Positions 37,675-47,248 of a DNA stretch of 64,000 nucleotides are shown piece after piece (position 1 is the first letter of the stretch; each line of letters opens with the position of its first letter). Origin of the DNA: Leptonemataceae bacterium (GTDB lineage: Bacteria; Spirochaetota; Leptospiria; Leptospirales; Leptonemataceae); the NCBI GenBank assembly GCA_965227295.1, contig OZ245742.1, positions 3,488,001-3,552,000 of the forward strand, in the 5' to 3' direction. A model generated the notes under the pieces. The model did not search any database. It was not told the origin of the DNA and saw only the letters and a list, made by a program, of their open reading frames with translations. The position numbers were made by a program, and so were the translations under genes.

Positions 37675-39318
37675 ATGTTTGAATTTCTATCCGGTCGCGT
37701 GTTGTGCGGCCTGCGTTCTATAAGCACTGCCGCCGTCGTCGGCGGTGTGATCGTGTTCGGACCGTCGCTCTCGGCGCAAACCGAAGAGGGTGCGTTACCC
37801 GTGGAAGAACGTCTCCAGATTCTGGAAGAAGAACTGGAGAACGTGAAATTGGAAAAGGCCACGAAGCGTTATGAAAGCGTCGGCGGCCGCGGTCCTGCGG
37901 CGTCGGAAGTCTATCATTCCACCGAGGGGCTGACCTGGGGCGGTTACGGTGAAGTGAAGTACCGCGACTATCAGTCCAGCTTTCGTACCGACCAGGCGGA
38001 CGTACATCGTTTCATTCTCTACGCCGGTTATCGGTTTAACGATTGGATCGTACTCAACACCGAGATCGAGTACGAACATGCGGGTTTCGTGGAAGAAACC
38101 GTCGTGACCGACGTCGACTTCACGGACAACTCCACGTCCACCAGTACCGTCAATGAAGGCGAGGTCTTTGTGGAGTTTGCGTATCTCGACTTCGAGTTCT
38201 CGAAGGCTTTCCAGATGCAACTCGGTCTGAACCTGTTGCCCGTCGGTGTAACGAACTATCGCCACGAACCCACGACCTTCCTGGGCGTGGAACGGCCGCG
38301 CACCGAGTCGGACATTATCCCGTCCACCTGGCGCGAAATCGGCGCGATCTTTCACGGTGAGATCGGCGAGCTGTTCCTGTGGCGCGCCGGTGTCGTCAAC
38401 GGCCCGCGGGGCGTAAAGTTCAGTGAATCGTCCTGGATTCGCGGCGGTCGCACAAAGGGTTCGCTGTCGCGCGCACAGGACTTTGCTTACGTGGCAAGCC
38501 TCGACTTCGTCGGCGTGAACGGCATGACCGCCGGCGGTTCCTACTATCGCGGTGACTCCGGCCAGGGCGAAATCTCGAAGCTCGACTGGACGAATCGTTT
38601 TTCGAATCCTCTGGATTCCCTGAACGATCAGACGGGAATCGTGGACGCGCTGAATGAGATCGACGACAACCGCCTTGAGAACGCGCGCATTCGTGTTCAC
38701 ATTGCCGAGGGTCACCTCGAGTACAACGCCGGCCCGGTGATGTTTCGCGCTCTATATGCTCAGGGCTGGATGAACGAAGACGATGCCCGCGCCGTGAACG
38801 CCGCCACCGGCAAGAACATCGGTCAACGCGTCTCCGGCGGCTACGGTGAGCTGGGTTACAACATTCTGTCGTTCTTCGAAACCGCGCACAAACTGTATCC
38901 TTTCGTACGTTACGAGCGTTTGAATACGCAAGAAGAGACCGTACGTCGCTACGCCGGCGGAGAAGAGGACATCAACGACTTCGTCTGCGGCGTCGTGCTA
39001 CAGGGAACGTGCAAGGTCAGTGAAAGCGACGCGGCCACCCTGGCGGGTTACTCCACCATCAGCAATCGTCAGCTCGGGATCATCGAGAACTCGGACGCGC
39101 TGAAAGAAGCCTACGGCGTTCAGGGGACGGCCAATCGCGTGAACGATCGCCGCATTCTGACACTGGGCCTCGCGTACTACCCGCATCCTAACGTGGTCCT
39201 CAAGGGCGAGTACGAGCGCTGGGAATCAAAGACGGACTTCAGCGACGATATCGAAGGCCGCAACCCGTCAAATAACAAGATCGATCGGATCTCGTTTGCG
39301 GTGGGATTTATCTTTTAG
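37675..39318 (+). CDS. Outer-membrane porin-like beta-barrel protein
   Basis: GAGGAG RBS, signal peptide, short coiled coil, GGYGE..Y, RFILY.GY.F, EIEYEH, amphipathic strands, C-terminal GFIF. Confidence 0.8.
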   Translation: MFEFLSGRVLCGLRSISTAAVVGGVIVFGPSLSAQTEEGALPVEERLQILEEELENVKLEKATKRYESVGGRGPAASEVYHSTEGLTWGGYGEVKYRDYQSSFRTDQADVHRFILYAGYRFNDWIVLNTEIEYEHAGFVEETVVTDVDFTDNSTSTSTVNEGEVFVEFAYLDFEFSKAFQMQLGLNLLPVGVTNYRHEPTTFLGVERPRTESDIIPSTWREIGAIFHGEIGELFLWRAGVVNGPRGVKFSESSWIRGGRTKGSLSRAQDFAYVASLDFVGVNGMTAGGSYYRGDSGQGEISKLDWTNRFSNPLDSLNDQTGIVDALNEIDDNRLENARIRVHIAEGHLEYNAGPVMFRALYAQGWMNEDDARAVNAATGKNIGQRVSGGYGELGYNILSFFETAHKLYPFVRYERLNTQEETVRRYAGGEEDINDFVCGVVLQGTCKVSESDAATLAGYSTISNRQLGIIENSDALKEAYGVQGTANRVNDRRILTLGLAYYPHPNVVLKGEYERWESKTDFSDDIEGRNPSNNKIDRISFAVGFIF

Positions 39319-39397
39319 GTTCGTTGTGCGGTGGTACGGGCGTCGTGTCCGTGCCGCCGCACGATCGGGGTCCGGGGGGCGTACGCGTAAGCCTTCG

Positions 39398-39991
39398 TCA
39401 CAGCCCCAGCTCCGTTTCGATAAATCGCCGGAAGTTTGCCAGGTTGCCGTCCGTCGCGAAGTAGTTCAGCGTACGTTGGGCTCCGATTATCTTAACATCC
39501 AGGCGTGAAGCCTTAAGCAACTCGCGCAGCACCGGCTCCGGGACGTGGTGCCAGTAGGCCGTCTCCGTAACCAGGCGTTCGCCGGCCTCGTCGCTGTAAG
39601 GCTTGCGTAGTTTTTCGCTGCCGTTCTGAGAATGCAGACGGAACTGCCGGCCGTCGATGGTGAGGATGAGGCTTTCGCCGGCTTTGATCTCGGCGGCTTC
39701 CAACTCGTGGATGCGCGCGTAGAACGAAATGACGGTTTCTTCGCTCTGTCGACCGCTTGCATCCGTGGAAAAGAGGATTGCCTTTTGTAGATTCAACTGT
39801 GCGCTGTAGACACCGAGTTCTCCCGGAAGTTCGAAGGAGCCGCCGAGATAGTTGTCCGTCATGCGCACGACGCGTTCGTTGTCTCCGGCGTAATTTTGCG
39901 TGGCATAGCGACTGAAGTAACTGCGGCACTGGAGGGCGCTGAGGCCGAGCAAACAGACAATGCTGAAGAGCCGGAGGGTGTTCCGTTTCAT
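39398..39991 (-). CDS. Hypothetical lipoprotein
   Basis: MKRNTLRLFSIVCLLGLSALQ-C spirochaete-type lipobox; ATGA overlap with the upstream gene. Confidence 0.75.
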   Translation of the reverse strand: MKRNTLRLFSIVCLLGLSALQCRSYFSRYATQNYAGDNERVVRMTDNYLGGSFELPGELGVYSAQLNLQKAILFSTDASGRQSEETVISFYARIHELEAAEIKAGESLILTIDGRQFRLHSQNGSEKLRKPYSDEAGERLVTETAYWHHVPEPVLRELLKASRLDVKIIGAQRTLNYFATDGNLANFRRFIETELGL

Positions 39992-40506
39992 GACTTCCTC
40001 GCGAGAGAGTACCCCAGCAGCAGGGCGATGAAGGCAAACGAAAGGCCTTCGAAGAGTAGAAAGATCAGCGTGCGGAACAGCGGCCCGGCATACGGGATCG
40101 ACCAGACCACGAAACCGGAGAAGATTTCCAGACCCGCCGTCACGTAATACGCCGCGCACAGATACTCGAGCCAGGCGGCGGGCCGGCCGGACAGGGAACG
40201 CACGAGATGTGTGAGCAGAAAAACCGTGAGACCGTAGGCTGCAAGGTGGCCTACGGCTATCTTGAGCAGACCTTCGAAGGTGCGCGCCTGCAGAAAACGA
40301 TCCGGACGATCGGGATACGTTTCGAGCATTCGTTCCGAACCCAGGTAATACTCCAGGGTGGACGCGGGATGCAGGCCGATCTTCCAGGCGTAGAGTGCGA
40401 AGCCCGTCCCCAGTTGCAACACAACGAAGATCATAAAGAACATCAACAGCGGCCGGAAGTAGCGATGGTCGCCGGCCGGCGCCGCGGTGCTTGCATCGCG
40501 GTTCAC
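39988..40506 (-). CDS. 4-TM membrane protein with H-x12-H in TM2
   Basis: Four hydrophobic segments; VGHLAAYGLTVFLLTHL; translationally coupled. Confidence 0.8.
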   Translation of the reverse strand: MNRDASTAAPAGDHRYFRPLLMFFMIFVVLQLGTGFALYAWKIGLHPASTLEYYLGSERMLETYPDRPDRFLQARTFEGLLKIAVGHLAAYGLTVFLLTHLVRSLSGRPAAWLEYLCAAYYVTAGLEIFSGFVVWSIPYAGPLFRTLIFLLFEGLSFAFIALLLGYSLARKS

Positions 40507-41000
40507 GACGCACCGCCTTTCGGTGACTCGTAGAGTCGTAGCAGAATCAACGCGATGATCGTCAAACAGGTCGCATAAAACATGAGACCGGAGAGATATG
40601 CCGGCCAGGCGGCCGCGGCGGCGAAGAACGTGAGGGCGCGGGCCAGCGTAAAGAACAGCGCCGAAATCGAGAGCACGTAGATCAGCGCGAGTTTCGCACG
40701 TGACGGCAGGCGAATCTGATACAATACGGCGCCGAGAAAAAGATTCATGAGGCCGAAGAGAAACAGGTCGATGTGCAGGTCTTCGAGAATCGCGACGAAA
40801 CCCGGCGGCGGCGTACGGATCGAAAAGACCGCCCCCGGCTCGTGCAGATTTTGCGCAAAGGCCGCCGGGGTGAGGCCGGACGACTGCGTTTCACGTAATA
40901 GATGCGCCACCGTAAAGAGCGCCAGGAAAATCAGGGCGCAGGTGAGGATGGCCCGGGGACCGCGATCGCTGCGCAGAGAACCTGTAATCAGAAATTTCAA
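40503..41000 (-). CDS. 4-TM membrane protein, apparent paralogue of the adjacent gene
   Basis: Four hydrophobic segments; TVAHLL and LEDLHIDLF histidines. Confidence 0.8.
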   Translation of the reverse strand: MKFLITGSLRSDRGPRAILTCALIFLALFTVAHLLRETQSSGLTPAAFAQNLHEPGAVFSIRTPPPGFVAILEDLHIDLFLFGLMNLFLGAVLYQIRLPSRAKLALIYVLSISALFFTLARALTFFAAAAAWPAYLSGLMFYATCLTIIALILLRLYESPKGGAS

Positions 41001-41028
41001 CGGTGCCTTAGTTTGATCTCAGCAAATG

Positions 41029-41568
41029 TTAACGGTCGGCGTAGTGTGCTTTGTACAGAAAGAGCACTTTGCGCACAGTGTTGCTGACCGCCCGCGTGGT
41101 CATGGTGGCGCCGGTAATGGCCGGCAGGTCCTTGCCGGGCAGCAGGGCGTGTTCCGTTGCGCGCTTGCCGCTGAACAGGGCCAGCCAACGATCCGGGGCC
41201 AGGTAATCTTCCGGTTCAAAGAAGGACACGACCCGCACGTTGCGAATGCTGCCGTCGGCGTTCAATGCAATGAAGAGCGTCTGATCCTTCGTGCGCACGC
41301 GATGGGTGTCGAAGGTGGCGTAGCCGGCTACCATGCCGCCGGTGCCGCGCGCCACGTAGAACGTATGAAAGCGACCGACGCGATCGAGGCCCGGTTGCTC
41401 CTCAATGAAGCGCTGCTGAGCTTTTGTAAGATACTTCGCCTGGCGCTCGATCTTTGCCTCGGGGAACTCCGCGTTCAGGGCCTGCTCCGGCAGCGTATAG
41501 ACGTGGGCCGCGAGACCCAGCGCCCCCGCACTCGCGAACAGAAAAACTGTGACGAGAATTCCCCGCAT
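41029..41568 (-). CDS. Exported FMN-binding domain protein (putative flavinylation substrate)
   Basis: Signal peptide; C-terminal D.PAITGATMTT matches the ApbE-flavinylated [S/T]GA[S/T] motif; V.SFFEP.DY. Confidence 0.85.
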   Translation of the reverse strand: MRGILVTVFLFASAGALGLAAHVYTLPEQALNAEFPEAKIERQAKYLTKAQQRFIEEQPGLDRVGRFHTFYVARGTGGMVAGYATFDTHRVRTKDQTLFIALNADGSIRNVRVVSFFEPEDYLAPDRWLALFSGKRATEHALLPGKDLPAITGATMTTRAVSNTVRKVLFLYKAHYADR

Positions 41569-41604
41569 AATACGTCAGTCTGAGTGAGCCCGATCGGCCG
41601 TCAA

Positions 41605-41625
41605 TGATTCTGAGAATCAGTCTCG
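41605..41625. promoter_or_regulatory. Fur-box-like operator (TGATTCT-G-AGAATCA palindrome overlapping CTGAGAATCAGTCTCG)
   Basis: Perfect 7-1-7 inverted repeat at 41605-41619; shares a 16-mer with 37557-37572. Confidence 0.6.
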
Positions 41626-41686
41626 CGGTTCGTAGCGGTCCCGGAAAACCGTTGCCCGCCAGTCCGCCGCGCCGGAAAACGCGAGG

Positions 41687-42040
41687 ATGAGCCGCCGACT
41701 GACCCTGTCCCTGACCGTCTGCCTGACCGCCGTCGTTTTGCTCGCCGGCGCCTGCCGTTCCGGGACGCAACGCAACTATTCCAACGACAATCAGATCGAA
41801 GTCTACGGCCGGCACTCCTGCCCGATCTGCCGGTCGTTCACCGCGCGCCTGCAATCTGAAAATCTCGCCTACGAATTTTATGACGTCGACGAAAAGCCCG
41901 AGCGCGCCCGGGAGATGTGGGACCTGATTGAAACGTCCTACCCGGGGCAGAAGTCCGTCGGCCTGCCGGTGGTTCGCGTAAACGGCAATGTGTTGATCCA
42001 GCCGAACTTTGATTCGGAGTTCGCGCAATTTTTGAAGTAG
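41687..42040 (+). CDS. Glutaredoxin-like lipoprotein
   Basis: LAGA-C lipobox, CPIC active site, GLPVVRVNG cis-Pro motif. Confidence 0.85.
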   Translation: MSRRLTLSLTVCLTAVVLLAGACRSGTQRNYSNDNQIEVYGRHSCPICRSFTARLQSENLAYEFYDVDEKPERAREMWDLIETSYPGQKSVGLPVVRVNGNVLIQPNFDSEFAQFLK

Positions 42041-42049
42041 CCGCGAGAG

Positions 42050-42457
42050 TTACGTCACGATCATCCAGGCCAGGACGGCGAAACAACCGAACTGTAAAAT
42101 CAAAAACGACGCCCGAATCGTGACGGCGATGGACGTGCCCGAGCTGATGTGCGCGACGGACTGCGCGAGCCGCGCGCCCAGATACACGAGTGCCACCGTT
42201 TCGAAGGCGGCATCCACGGCCCCGACGAACTGGCCGATCAGCACCGCGGCGCCCATGATCGGCAGGTTTTCCGCACTGTTCACGTGCGCACGGTTGATGC
42301 GCCAGTACAGATCACCGCCGTGCTGCTGGCCGGAGGGAAACTCGTTCGCCGCCTTTTTGCCGGCGAAGACGAGCATGGTCCGCCACATCACCACGGTGAA
42401 TCCCAACAGTGCGGTCCACGCCCCGAAGCCGAGTAAAGCAAGAAGTGCCTGGTTCAT
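42050..42457 (-). CDS. MAPEG family membrane protein
   Basis: RINRAHVNSAENLP, ARLAQSVAH. Confidence 0.88.
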   Translation of the reverse strand: MNQALLALLGFGAWTALLGFTVVMWRTMLVFAGKKAANEFPSGQQHGGDLYWRINRAHVNSAENLPIMGAAVLIGQFVGAVDAAFETVALVYLGARLAQSVAHISSGTSIAVTIRASFLILQFGCFAVLAWMIVT

Positions 42458-42499
42458 ATACCGTAGTCGGACACGTCCCTGCTCCGAGTCAACACGGCT

Positions 42500-43678
42500 T
42501 TACCGAATGACCTCGCCGATGTTTCGTTTTACGTCCTCGCCGTAGAACAACGACTGCGACGCCGCCGGGATAAGTCCGCCGGACGGGAGAATCGTGCCGA
42601 TGACCACGGCGTAGCCGCGGCCGCGATCGAGAAACGGATAGAAGCCGTTCGCACCGAAGCTGTGATTGGAAGAATCCACGCTGCACAGCGCCGTAAAACA
42701 AACGCGCCAGTTACCCAGGCCGTAGTGCCAGTCGAAGCCGAACTGCGCGAACTGTGAGTACAGGATCTGCGTATTGGATTCGTACTGATCGGCGAGCATT
42801 GTGTCGATGGATGATTGCGAGAGGATCGTGTTGCCGTTGTAGGTGCCGCCGGACATCAGCATGATCATAAAACGCATGTACTCGTTCGAAGTGAGCACCA
42901 GGCCGTAGGCGCCGGCCAGGCTGCCGTCCCCGCTCAACGTCGAGACGTTCGCGTACCAGCGCGCCTGAGTTCCGTCGAACGCAAGTTTGTTGGAGTCGCC
43001 CAGGTATTTGTTGAACAGCGCCGTCCAACCGAGTCCCGTGCGAATCTCGGCCATGCGCTGGGCGACGGCCATGTGATTCGAATTGTAGACGAAGTACGCT
43101 CCGGGGCTGTCACCGGCGGTGGACGTGCGGATGGATTCGATGCACGCGTCTTTATCGGCATCGCTGGCGTTGTCCGGCAGACTGGAGATGCATTCATCGC
43201 TGCCGGACAGGCGACTCGCGGCACGCAGTCCCGAGGTGAACGCAAGCAACTGCCGCATGGTAATGGTTCCTTGAGTACCGGTCCAGCCCAGGACGTCGCC
43301 GGTGGTCGTATCGAGGGTGAGCGCCGGGGAAACGGAGGCGTCCTCGGTGATGGCCATGATCACGGCGGCGGTCATCCACTTGGAAGCGGAGAAGATCGGT
43401 TGGTACGTGGACTTCGTGAGGCTTGCGTCTTTCCAGCGCTCGTACACGAGCGTGCCCGAGGAGTTGATGATCTGGATGTTCGCTCCGGACGGGGCGCGAT
43501 CGGCGAAACGATCGAAGCAGCGGTCGAGGCCGGTGCAGAGATAAAAGGCCGGACCGAAGAGGGCGTCCTGCCAGAGCTCCGCGTCTTCTTTCGCGTCGGA
43601 GTCGTTCCCGAAGTGAGCATTGGTGCAGCCCGCAAGAAACGTAAAGATCGTAAGAACAAACGTTAGAGGTCTTTTCAT
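42500..43678 (-). CDS. Serine hydrolase (class C beta-lactamase-like) lipoprotein
   Basis: LAG-C lipobox, SASK (SxxK), LLAFTSG, FVYNS, HSFGANG. Confidence 0.88.
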   Translation of the reverse strand: MKRPLTFVLTIFTFLAGCTNAHFGNDSDAKEDAELWQDALFGPAFYLCTGLDRCFDRFADRAPSGANIQIINSSGTLVYERWKDASLTKSTYQPIFSASKWMTAAVIMAITEDASVSPALTLDTTTGDVLGWTGTQGTITMRQLLAFTSGLRAASRLSGSDECISSLPDNASDADKDACIESIRTSTAGDSPGAYFVYNSNHMAVAQRMAEIRTGLGWTALFNKYLGDSNKLAFDGTQARWYANVSTLSGDGSLAGAYGLVLTSNEYMRFMIMLMSGGTYNGNTILSQSSIDTMLADQYESNTQILYSQFAQFGFDWHYGLGNWRVCFTALCSVDSSNHSFGANGFYPFLDRGRGYAVVIGTILPSGGLIPAASQSLFYGEDVKRNIGEVIR

Positions 43679-43807
43679 TATGCCCGGAACCTATTCAGGC
43701 AGGGGAAGCTTTCCATCTTTTTCACGCATTGTGCGACGGTTTCGTGACAAACCTTTGCACACCGCACAGGGCGGCGCACATGCGATCGATCGGGGCTTGC
43801 TTCGCGA

Positions 43808-44248
43808 TTATGTGTCGGGTTCGTACGGAATGTTTTCGAGGATGCGTTCGAGGTACTCAATGAGCTGGCGCCGATCGGCGTCGCTGAAGTCGCGGTAGGT
43901 TTCTTTGAGCAGCTTGCGGGAGATGGAAAACATGAGCGACTTCACGCGCCTGGCCTTCGGTGTCGCCTGAATGTAGGTGACGCGACTGTCGCTTTTATCG
44001 CGGCTGCGGGTGACGTAGCCGCCGGATTCCAGCTTGTTGATGAGAGAAGTGAGCGTGGACTTGTCGCGGTCGATCAACTGCGCGAGCTCACGCATGGTCG
44101 CTTTTTTACGCGACGCCAGCACGAAGAGGATGTCCCCGTGAGACGGAGACAGCTCTTCGATTTTCGCGCGCTTGAATTCACGCAGGAGATGGCGTTGGAA
44201 ACGATCCCGTATCCGGGCGATCAGCACGAGGAGGGACTCGGGTTTCAT
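43808..44248 (-). CDS. MarR family transcriptional regulator
   Basis: MRELAQLIDRDKSTLTSLINKLE..GYV.R..D..D.R. Confidence 0.92.
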   Translation of the reverse strand: MKPESLLVLIARIRDRFQRHLLREFKRAKIEELSPSHGDILFVLASRKKATMRELAQLIDRDKSTLTSLINKLESGGYVTRSRDKSDSRVTYIQATPKARRVKSLMFSISRKLLKETYRDFSDADRRQLIEYLERILENIPYEPDT

Positions 44249-44276
44249 AGAGGTTCCCCGCGGCACGACGCACGCC

Positions 44277-44867
44277 TTATTTGTTCATGATGTGTGCGAT
44301 TTCCGCGAACGTGTGGGAGATTTCGTAGCTCTGGATGTTGATGCCCAGTTGCCGCGCAATCTGATTCAGCGAAAAGATGCCCCGCACGGTCTTGGCGTTG
44401 CCCGGGCCCTGGTTGTCGCAGACGAGGGCGTGCTGGCGTCCGGTTTTTTTCAGGGTTTCCACCACGTCACCGATGCGCGCCCGGCTCACGTCCTGGATCA
44501 TGAGCACCTCTTCCTGTTCGTGAGGAGTCATGATGTCCCGTACGGTGACCTCTTTGCGAGAGACGCCGTTGGTCTGGATGAACTTGAGCGGCTTTTCGCC
44601 GTTGATGTCCTGGGCGGAGATGACGCCTTCGACGCGGTCCATGCGGTCGGTGACCAGCAGCAGGCGGACTCCGCGCTGCTTCATGATGTCCAGGGCTTCG
44701 TCGATGCTTTCGTCCGGGCGCACGGTGCTGGCCGAAACGCGCTTGAGATCCGTCATGGCGTCGATGGCCGGGCTATCCAGATCGCACTGAGGCGGATGCA
44801 CGACGTCCGGCCGGTGGTAGGCGACGTCACTTTCCAGGGTGCTATTCGGTAATACGCTGAATGCCAT
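44277..44867 (-). CDS. CBS domain pair protein
   Basis: SIDEAL..M..RGVRLLLV...GVIS..DI; V.DIMTP; GIFSL. Confidence 0.88.
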   Translation of the reverse strand: MAFSVLPNSTLESDVAYHRPDVVHPPQCDLDSPAIDAMTDLKRVSASTVRPDESIDEALDIMKQRGVRLLLVTDRMDRVEGVISAQDINGEKPLKFIQTNGVSRKEVTVRDIMTPHEQEEVLMIQDVSRARIGDVVETLKKTGRQHALVCDNQGPGNAKTVRGIFSLNQIARQLGINIQSYEISHTFAEIAHIMNK

Positions 44868-44995
44868 GCAATAGAATCTCCGTGTAATCGTGGGCGTCGC
44901 TGCGAGCAAACGCCGTCGTTCAGAGAAATCCGGCAAGCCGTGATTTCAAACACTTTTTCACAACCAGGGCGGCTTACTCCGCGACCCGTCCGGCA

Positions 44996-47188
44996 TTACT
45001 TCGCCGATAGTTGCTTGTTGTCCTTGCGATCCACCGAAAGCACGCCGGGCACGTCGCGTAAGCTTTCGAAGATTTCTTCGAGATGATCGCGGTGTTCCAC
45101 TTCGAGAAGAAAACGGGCCCGCATGGTTTCTTCGCCGTTGCGGGGGATATCCGCCTCGGCCTTCAGAATGTTCGTGTAGGTTCGCGTAATGTGGCCCACC
45201 AGATCGAGATAGAGACCCTGGCGATCCAGGGCCTTGATTTCGATGGGCACCGGATACTTTTCGGTGAGGCCTTCCCATTTCACAGGAATGATGCGTTCCT
45301 GTTCCTGGGTCGCCAGATGCGTGCAATCCACGCGGTGGACGGTGACCCCGCGGCCCCTGGTTACGAAACCGATGATGCGATCGCCCGGAACGGGGCGGCA
45401 GCAACCGGCATAACGTACGGGTATATCGCTGGCCCCGGCGACCTCGATGGGGACCTGCTTCGGATCGGTGGTCTTGCGGCGCCGGATGCGAAGTTCGGTA
45501 CGGCCCAGGTTGTCCAGGATCGGAGCGAGGGTGGAAGGATCGACGGCAGGACCGTCCGTCTTCTTGTTCTGAGCGGCGGGCTGGGCCTTGCCGTTCTTGC
45601 CGGCGACTTTCTTTGCACTCTTGCGCGATTCGCCCGGCGCATCTTCTTCTTCGGAGCGGCGCAGATGGGCGCGCAACTTCTGACGGGCCCGGGGGGACTT
45701 CAGGTAACGCAGCCAGTTCGCGGACGGACTGGGCGTGCGATCCGTCAGTACTTCCACGCGATCGCCGGACTTGAGTTCGTAGCGCAACGGAACAATGCGA
45801 TCGTTCACGCGCGCACCGCGGCAACACAGGCCGATTTCCGTATGAATGCGAAATGCGAAGTCCAGCACCGTGGAGCCGGCCGGCAGATCGATGACGTCGC
45901 CCTTCGGAGTAAAGACGTAGACCTCGTCGGGGTCCAGCTCCTGGCGCAGGTCCTCGATGAACTCCGCCGTATCCCCGGGTGACTCGATCAGTCGCGCGAG
46001 ACGCTGTAGCCACTTGACGCGTTCCATCTCCACGCCGCCCGGATTTTTGGCGCCGTCGTTTTTGTAGATCCAGTGCGCGGCCACGCCGTAGTCGGCGATC
46101 TCGTTCATTTCGTCCGTGCGGATTTGAATTTCGAGCGGTCGTCCGTCCGGACCCACCACCGTCGTGTGCAGCGACTGGTAACCGTTGGACTTCGGCATGG
46201 CAATGTAGTCTTTGAAGCGACCCTGGATCGGCGGCCACAGCGTATGCACGATGCCCAGGGCCCCGTAGCAATCCCGCACGTCGTCGACGATGATGCGAAC
46301 ACCGCGCAGGTCGTAGATCTCGTCTAGAGATTTGTGCTGCTTTATCATCTTTTGATAGATGGAGTACTGATGTTTGGCCCGGCCTTCGATGCGCGCCTGG
46401 ATGTGAATCTCCGCCAGGCGTTGCTGGATGACTTTTTGAATGGTGTCGATGAAGCCGACGCGATCGCCCTGGGACTGGGCGAGGCCGGCCTCGATGGCCT
46501 CCCATTCGCCGGGCATACTGTGGCAGAAGCCCAGGTCTTCCAGCTCGGACTTCACGCGGAACATGCCGAGGCGACCGGCGATGGGGGCGTAGATGTCCAG
46601 GACCTCGCGCGCGATGCGCTGGACCTTCTCGGGCTTCTGGTGTTCCAGCGTGCGCATGTTGTGTAATTTGTCCGCGAGTTTGATTAAGATGACGCGCACG
46701 TCCTGGGCCGTGGCCAGCAGCATCAGGCGGATGTTCTCCGCGGCCTCTTTTGCTTTGAGTCGCGAGTAGGTACCGGGGCTTACCTCGTCCCGGGCTTTCT
46801 TGACCGTGGAGATTTTCGTCACGGCCTTGACGAGCATGTTGATTTCGGGACCGAAGCGTCGTTGGATGGAGTCGGCACCGAAGCGGGTGTCTTCGACGAC
46901 ATCGTGCAACAGGGCGGCGGCGATCGTATTGCAATCGAGGGATTGTTCGGCCAGGATCTGTGCCACGGCAATGGGATGGATGATGTACGGTTCGCCGGAC
47001 AGGCGCTTTTGATCGCGGTGCGCGCGGTTCGCGAAACGGAACGCGCGTTTGATGAGGGCCGCGTCGGGCCGGGCGACCCGTTCTTCTACGGTTCGCAGGA
47101 GCCGGCGAAAGTCCGCCAGAATCCGATACGCCGACGGGCGTGTGGCCTGCATGTCTGCTATATTAGAAGGACGGGCGGCGTCATACAA
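44996..47188 (-). CDS. spoT: Bifunctional (p)ppGpp synthetase/hydrolase (HD-SYNTH-TGS-ZFD-ACT); start possibly 47152
   Basis: SGEPYIIHP, LLHDVVED (intact HD), RFKDYIAMPK.NGYQSLHT, VFTPKG, CCRPVPGD. Confidence 0.95.
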   Translation of the reverse strand: MYDAARPSNIADMQATRPSAYRILADFRRLLRTVEERVARPDAALIKRAFRFANRAHRDQKRLSGEPYIIHPIAVAQILAEQSLDCNTIAAALLHDVVEDTRFGADSIQRRFGPEINMLVKAVTKISTVKKARDEVSPGTYSRLKAKEAAENIRLMLLATAQDVRVILIKLADKLHNMRTLEHQKPEKVQRIAREVLDIYAPIAGRLGMFRVKSELEDLGFCHSMPGEWEAIEAGLAQSQGDRVGFIDTIQKVIQQRLAEIHIQARIEGRAKHQYSIYQKMIKQHKSLDEIYDLRGVRIIVDDVRDCYGALGIVHTLWPPIQGRFKDYIAMPKSNGYQSLHTTVVGPDGRPLEIQIRTDEMNEIADYGVAAHWIYKNDGAKNPGGVEMERVKWLQRLARLIESPGDTAEFIEDLRQELDPDEVYVFTPKGDVIDLPAGSTVLDFAFRIHTEIGLCCRGARVNDRIVPLRYELKSGDRVEVLTDRTPSPSANWLRYLKSPRARQKLRAHLRRSEEEDAPGESRKSAKKVAGKNGKAQPAAQNKKTDGPAVDPSTLAPILDNLGRTELRIRRRKTTDPKQVPIEVAGASDIPVRYAGCCRPVPGDRIIGFVTRGRGVTVHRVDCTHLATQEQERIIPVKWEGLTEKYPVPIEIKALDRQGLYLDLVGHITRTYTNILKAEADIPRNGEETMRARFLLEVEHRDHLEEIFESLRDVPGVLSVDRKDNKQLSAK

Positions 47189-47248
47189 CTGAAAAATTGC
47201 CGGCCGATGCGGCCGTCCTGTCGCGGGCTGCCCGGTCGATATTTACGG

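Noticed and set aside
42500..43678. Antibiotic-resistance beta-lactamase
   Set aside because: The SxxK fold is shared by many esterases and peptidases; the KTG triad is replaced by HSFG, so resistance cannot be claimed
44958..46934. 658-aa alternative-frame ORF overlapping spoT, and similar long shadow ORFs (2128-3291, 35389-36711, 49257-50510, 52382-53605, 54541-55950, 62266-63909)
   Set aside because: They overlap well-supported genes and have R/G/P-rich or antisense-mirror composition typical of high-GC shadow frames
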